A DNA stretch of 62,860 nucleotides, the filler included, from Asterionella formosa (taxonomy: Eukaryota): NCBI GenBank assembly GCA_002256025.1. It is 24 parts of 24 records of this genome, joined end to end, with 100 filler letters (N's around TTAATTAATTAA, not from the genome) between each part and the next. Parts side by side here need not be neighbours in the genome. Positions count along the whole stretch, not along the records: positions 61,330 to 62,860 come from NKIB01002044.1; 23 more parts are not named here. One strand, given 5' to 3'. This document shows, in pieces, positions 61,330 to 62,860 of the stretch. Both the position numbers and the translations under genes were made by a program. Below the pieces are notes generated by a model. The model saw nothing but the letters and a program-made list of their open reading frames with translations, was not told the DNA's origin and did no database searches. How positions within the stretch are numbered: position 1 is the first letter of the stretch; every line of letters starts with the position of its first letter.

Positions 61330-62860
61330 CCCCCCCAGAAACTTTTGATCAAAGTCACATTGGAGGACACGGGGAAAACTGCCTGTATCAACAAAAAATC
61401 GCCAGAATGCATCAGAGATAGAGGAGCTAGTGAGGTCCTTAAGGCCATAACACCAGGTCTTGCGACTGAATTGGTCAACCAGGAGAAGGCAGTAGCGGTA
61501 ACCACCAGGGCTGATGCCATCACCATAGCCAATATCAACACCAACACGCTGGAGGATGGAGGAAGGGCGAGGGAGGGGTAAGCCAGAGGGACCACGCTTC
61601 ATGTTGACAACGTCGCCAACCGAGATGGGAGGCTCGAAATGTTCCGACAGGCAAATGCCATTGGCCACTTTGGTAAAGATGGAATAATTACGAAATTTGC
61701 GGTTGCCAAAATGTTTGTGGAGATCATGGGAGGAAAAACGGCGAACCTGGGCACCAAAAGACTCAGGGCGTTCACAAGTCATAATTGGAGGGGCAGGGGC
61801 AGCAGAAGGATCCAGGGGCAGGATAATCTTGGATGATTCTGAGGAGGGGAGCCGGAGAAGGGAGGGGTCCGAAGCGGGGTGTGAAGGAGGAACAACCCGA
61901 TGGACAGGCCATGTGTGGTGGTGAAGGGCTGCACGTTTGAGTGCAAACCGAGCAATGGAGGGGGGATCGGAAAGGACTAGAACCGATGGGGACAAGGTAT
62001 CATCAAAGGAGAAAGAGGAGGCTAATGGGGCAGGGGAAAAAGGAAGGAGACAATCAGAGGAGTCATCAACCGGAAGGGCAAAAGTAGGAAAATGGAGATA
62101 GCAGCCAGAGGAGTCAGCAATGAAGGTGCACCCAGATCCACGGCGTCGGTGAACGCGGATGGAGAGCAGGGGTATATCAAGGCCAGGGACATGAAGGCAG
62201 TTCGATAACCGGACAAAGTAGTCCCCGAGTTGAATGGCAACTGTACCACGACCAAGGACGGGGGTATGATCATTGTTGGCCACCCGGACAAAACAGTGAG
62301 TAAGGGGGACATATTCAATGAAACATTGGCGGTCAGGAAACATATCAACGGAGGCCCCAGAATCTGGGCAGATTTTGTTGGAGACTGGAGTGACATGTCG
62401 GAGGGTACCCATGCAAGTAGGGGGGACCGGGGAAGTGCGAACATGGCGAGAAGTGCCCACACTGGAAGGACAGGGATCATCAGAGTCAAGGTAAGAAAAG
62501 GCAGAATCAGGACAGTCATCCTCCGAGAAGTCCAGTGGGGCGAAAGGATTGGGTTGGGCATGAGACACCATGGAAACAGCATGGCGGGCAGCAGCAGAGG
62601 GAGTGGAAGAGACCAAAGGAGGAATAGGCGCCGCTGGAGAAGAGGACTCAGCAGGTGGCACCACAGGTGGAGAAGGAGGAAGAACATCGCCAACCAACCG
62701 GCCAGAACCAAGAAGACCACTACCAGCAGGGTGGGTAGAGGAGGATGTGGTGGGGCGTGGGGCGGTGGAGGGGGGACCACCACCAGAGGAGGAGAGAGGT
62801 TTGGGAACAATGGAGAAGCGGGAGGTAACCAGACTACATGCAGCAAGGTCATGATGATTG
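61330..62860 (-). mobile_element. Copia polyprotein part (protease, pre-integrase, integrase start), frame intact
   Basis: ICPDSGASVDMF, VLGRGTVAI, LHVPGL..PLLS, LHKHFGNR, VGVDIGYG..LLLVDQFSR..LQCDFD. Confidence 0.9.

Noticed and set aside
62022..62852. 276-aa Leu/Pro-rich ORF and + strand ORFs over the copia polyprotein
   Set aside because: Alternative-frame shadows of a compositionally skewed coding sequence.

Overview
Eukaryotic, repeat-rich DNA, most likely from a diatom. The basis is short GT-AG introns, CoDi-type copia elements, a bipartite plastid-targeting peptide and a PGRL1 fragment; the species cannot be determined. Only 1-25261 is one contiguous sequence. The rest is 23 contigs of about 1531-1538 bp, in roughly descending length, joined by an artificial 100-bp N-TTAATTAATTAA-N spacer, so adjacency across spacers carries no biological meaning. 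The long contig holds decayed DNA-transposon pieces (Plavaka-like, IS630/Tc1-like), a stack of gypsy and copia elements (8398-17246) and three intact genes: an intronless bacterial-type PP2C-fold protein, a class I HDAC (HDAC3-like, 2 introns) and a tail-to-tail DUF1415 gene. The small contigs carry Harbinger, LINE, gypsy, copia, pogo and piggyBac pieces, plus partial RING-H2, fasciclin-like, Crinkler-like nuclease and Ser/Asp/Arg-repeat genes. The most interesting signal is a large, apparently uncharacterised repeat family that can be rebuilt from shared sequence between contigs. It has an intron-containing orphan gene and a micro-exon gene, inferred to be transcribed divergently from an ~88-bp tandem array. 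It is associated with Plavaka-like transposase fragments, and one copy has captured a piece of the photosynthesis gene PGRL1. A quasi-palindromic (GGTACCW)n motif recurs at many element junctions.
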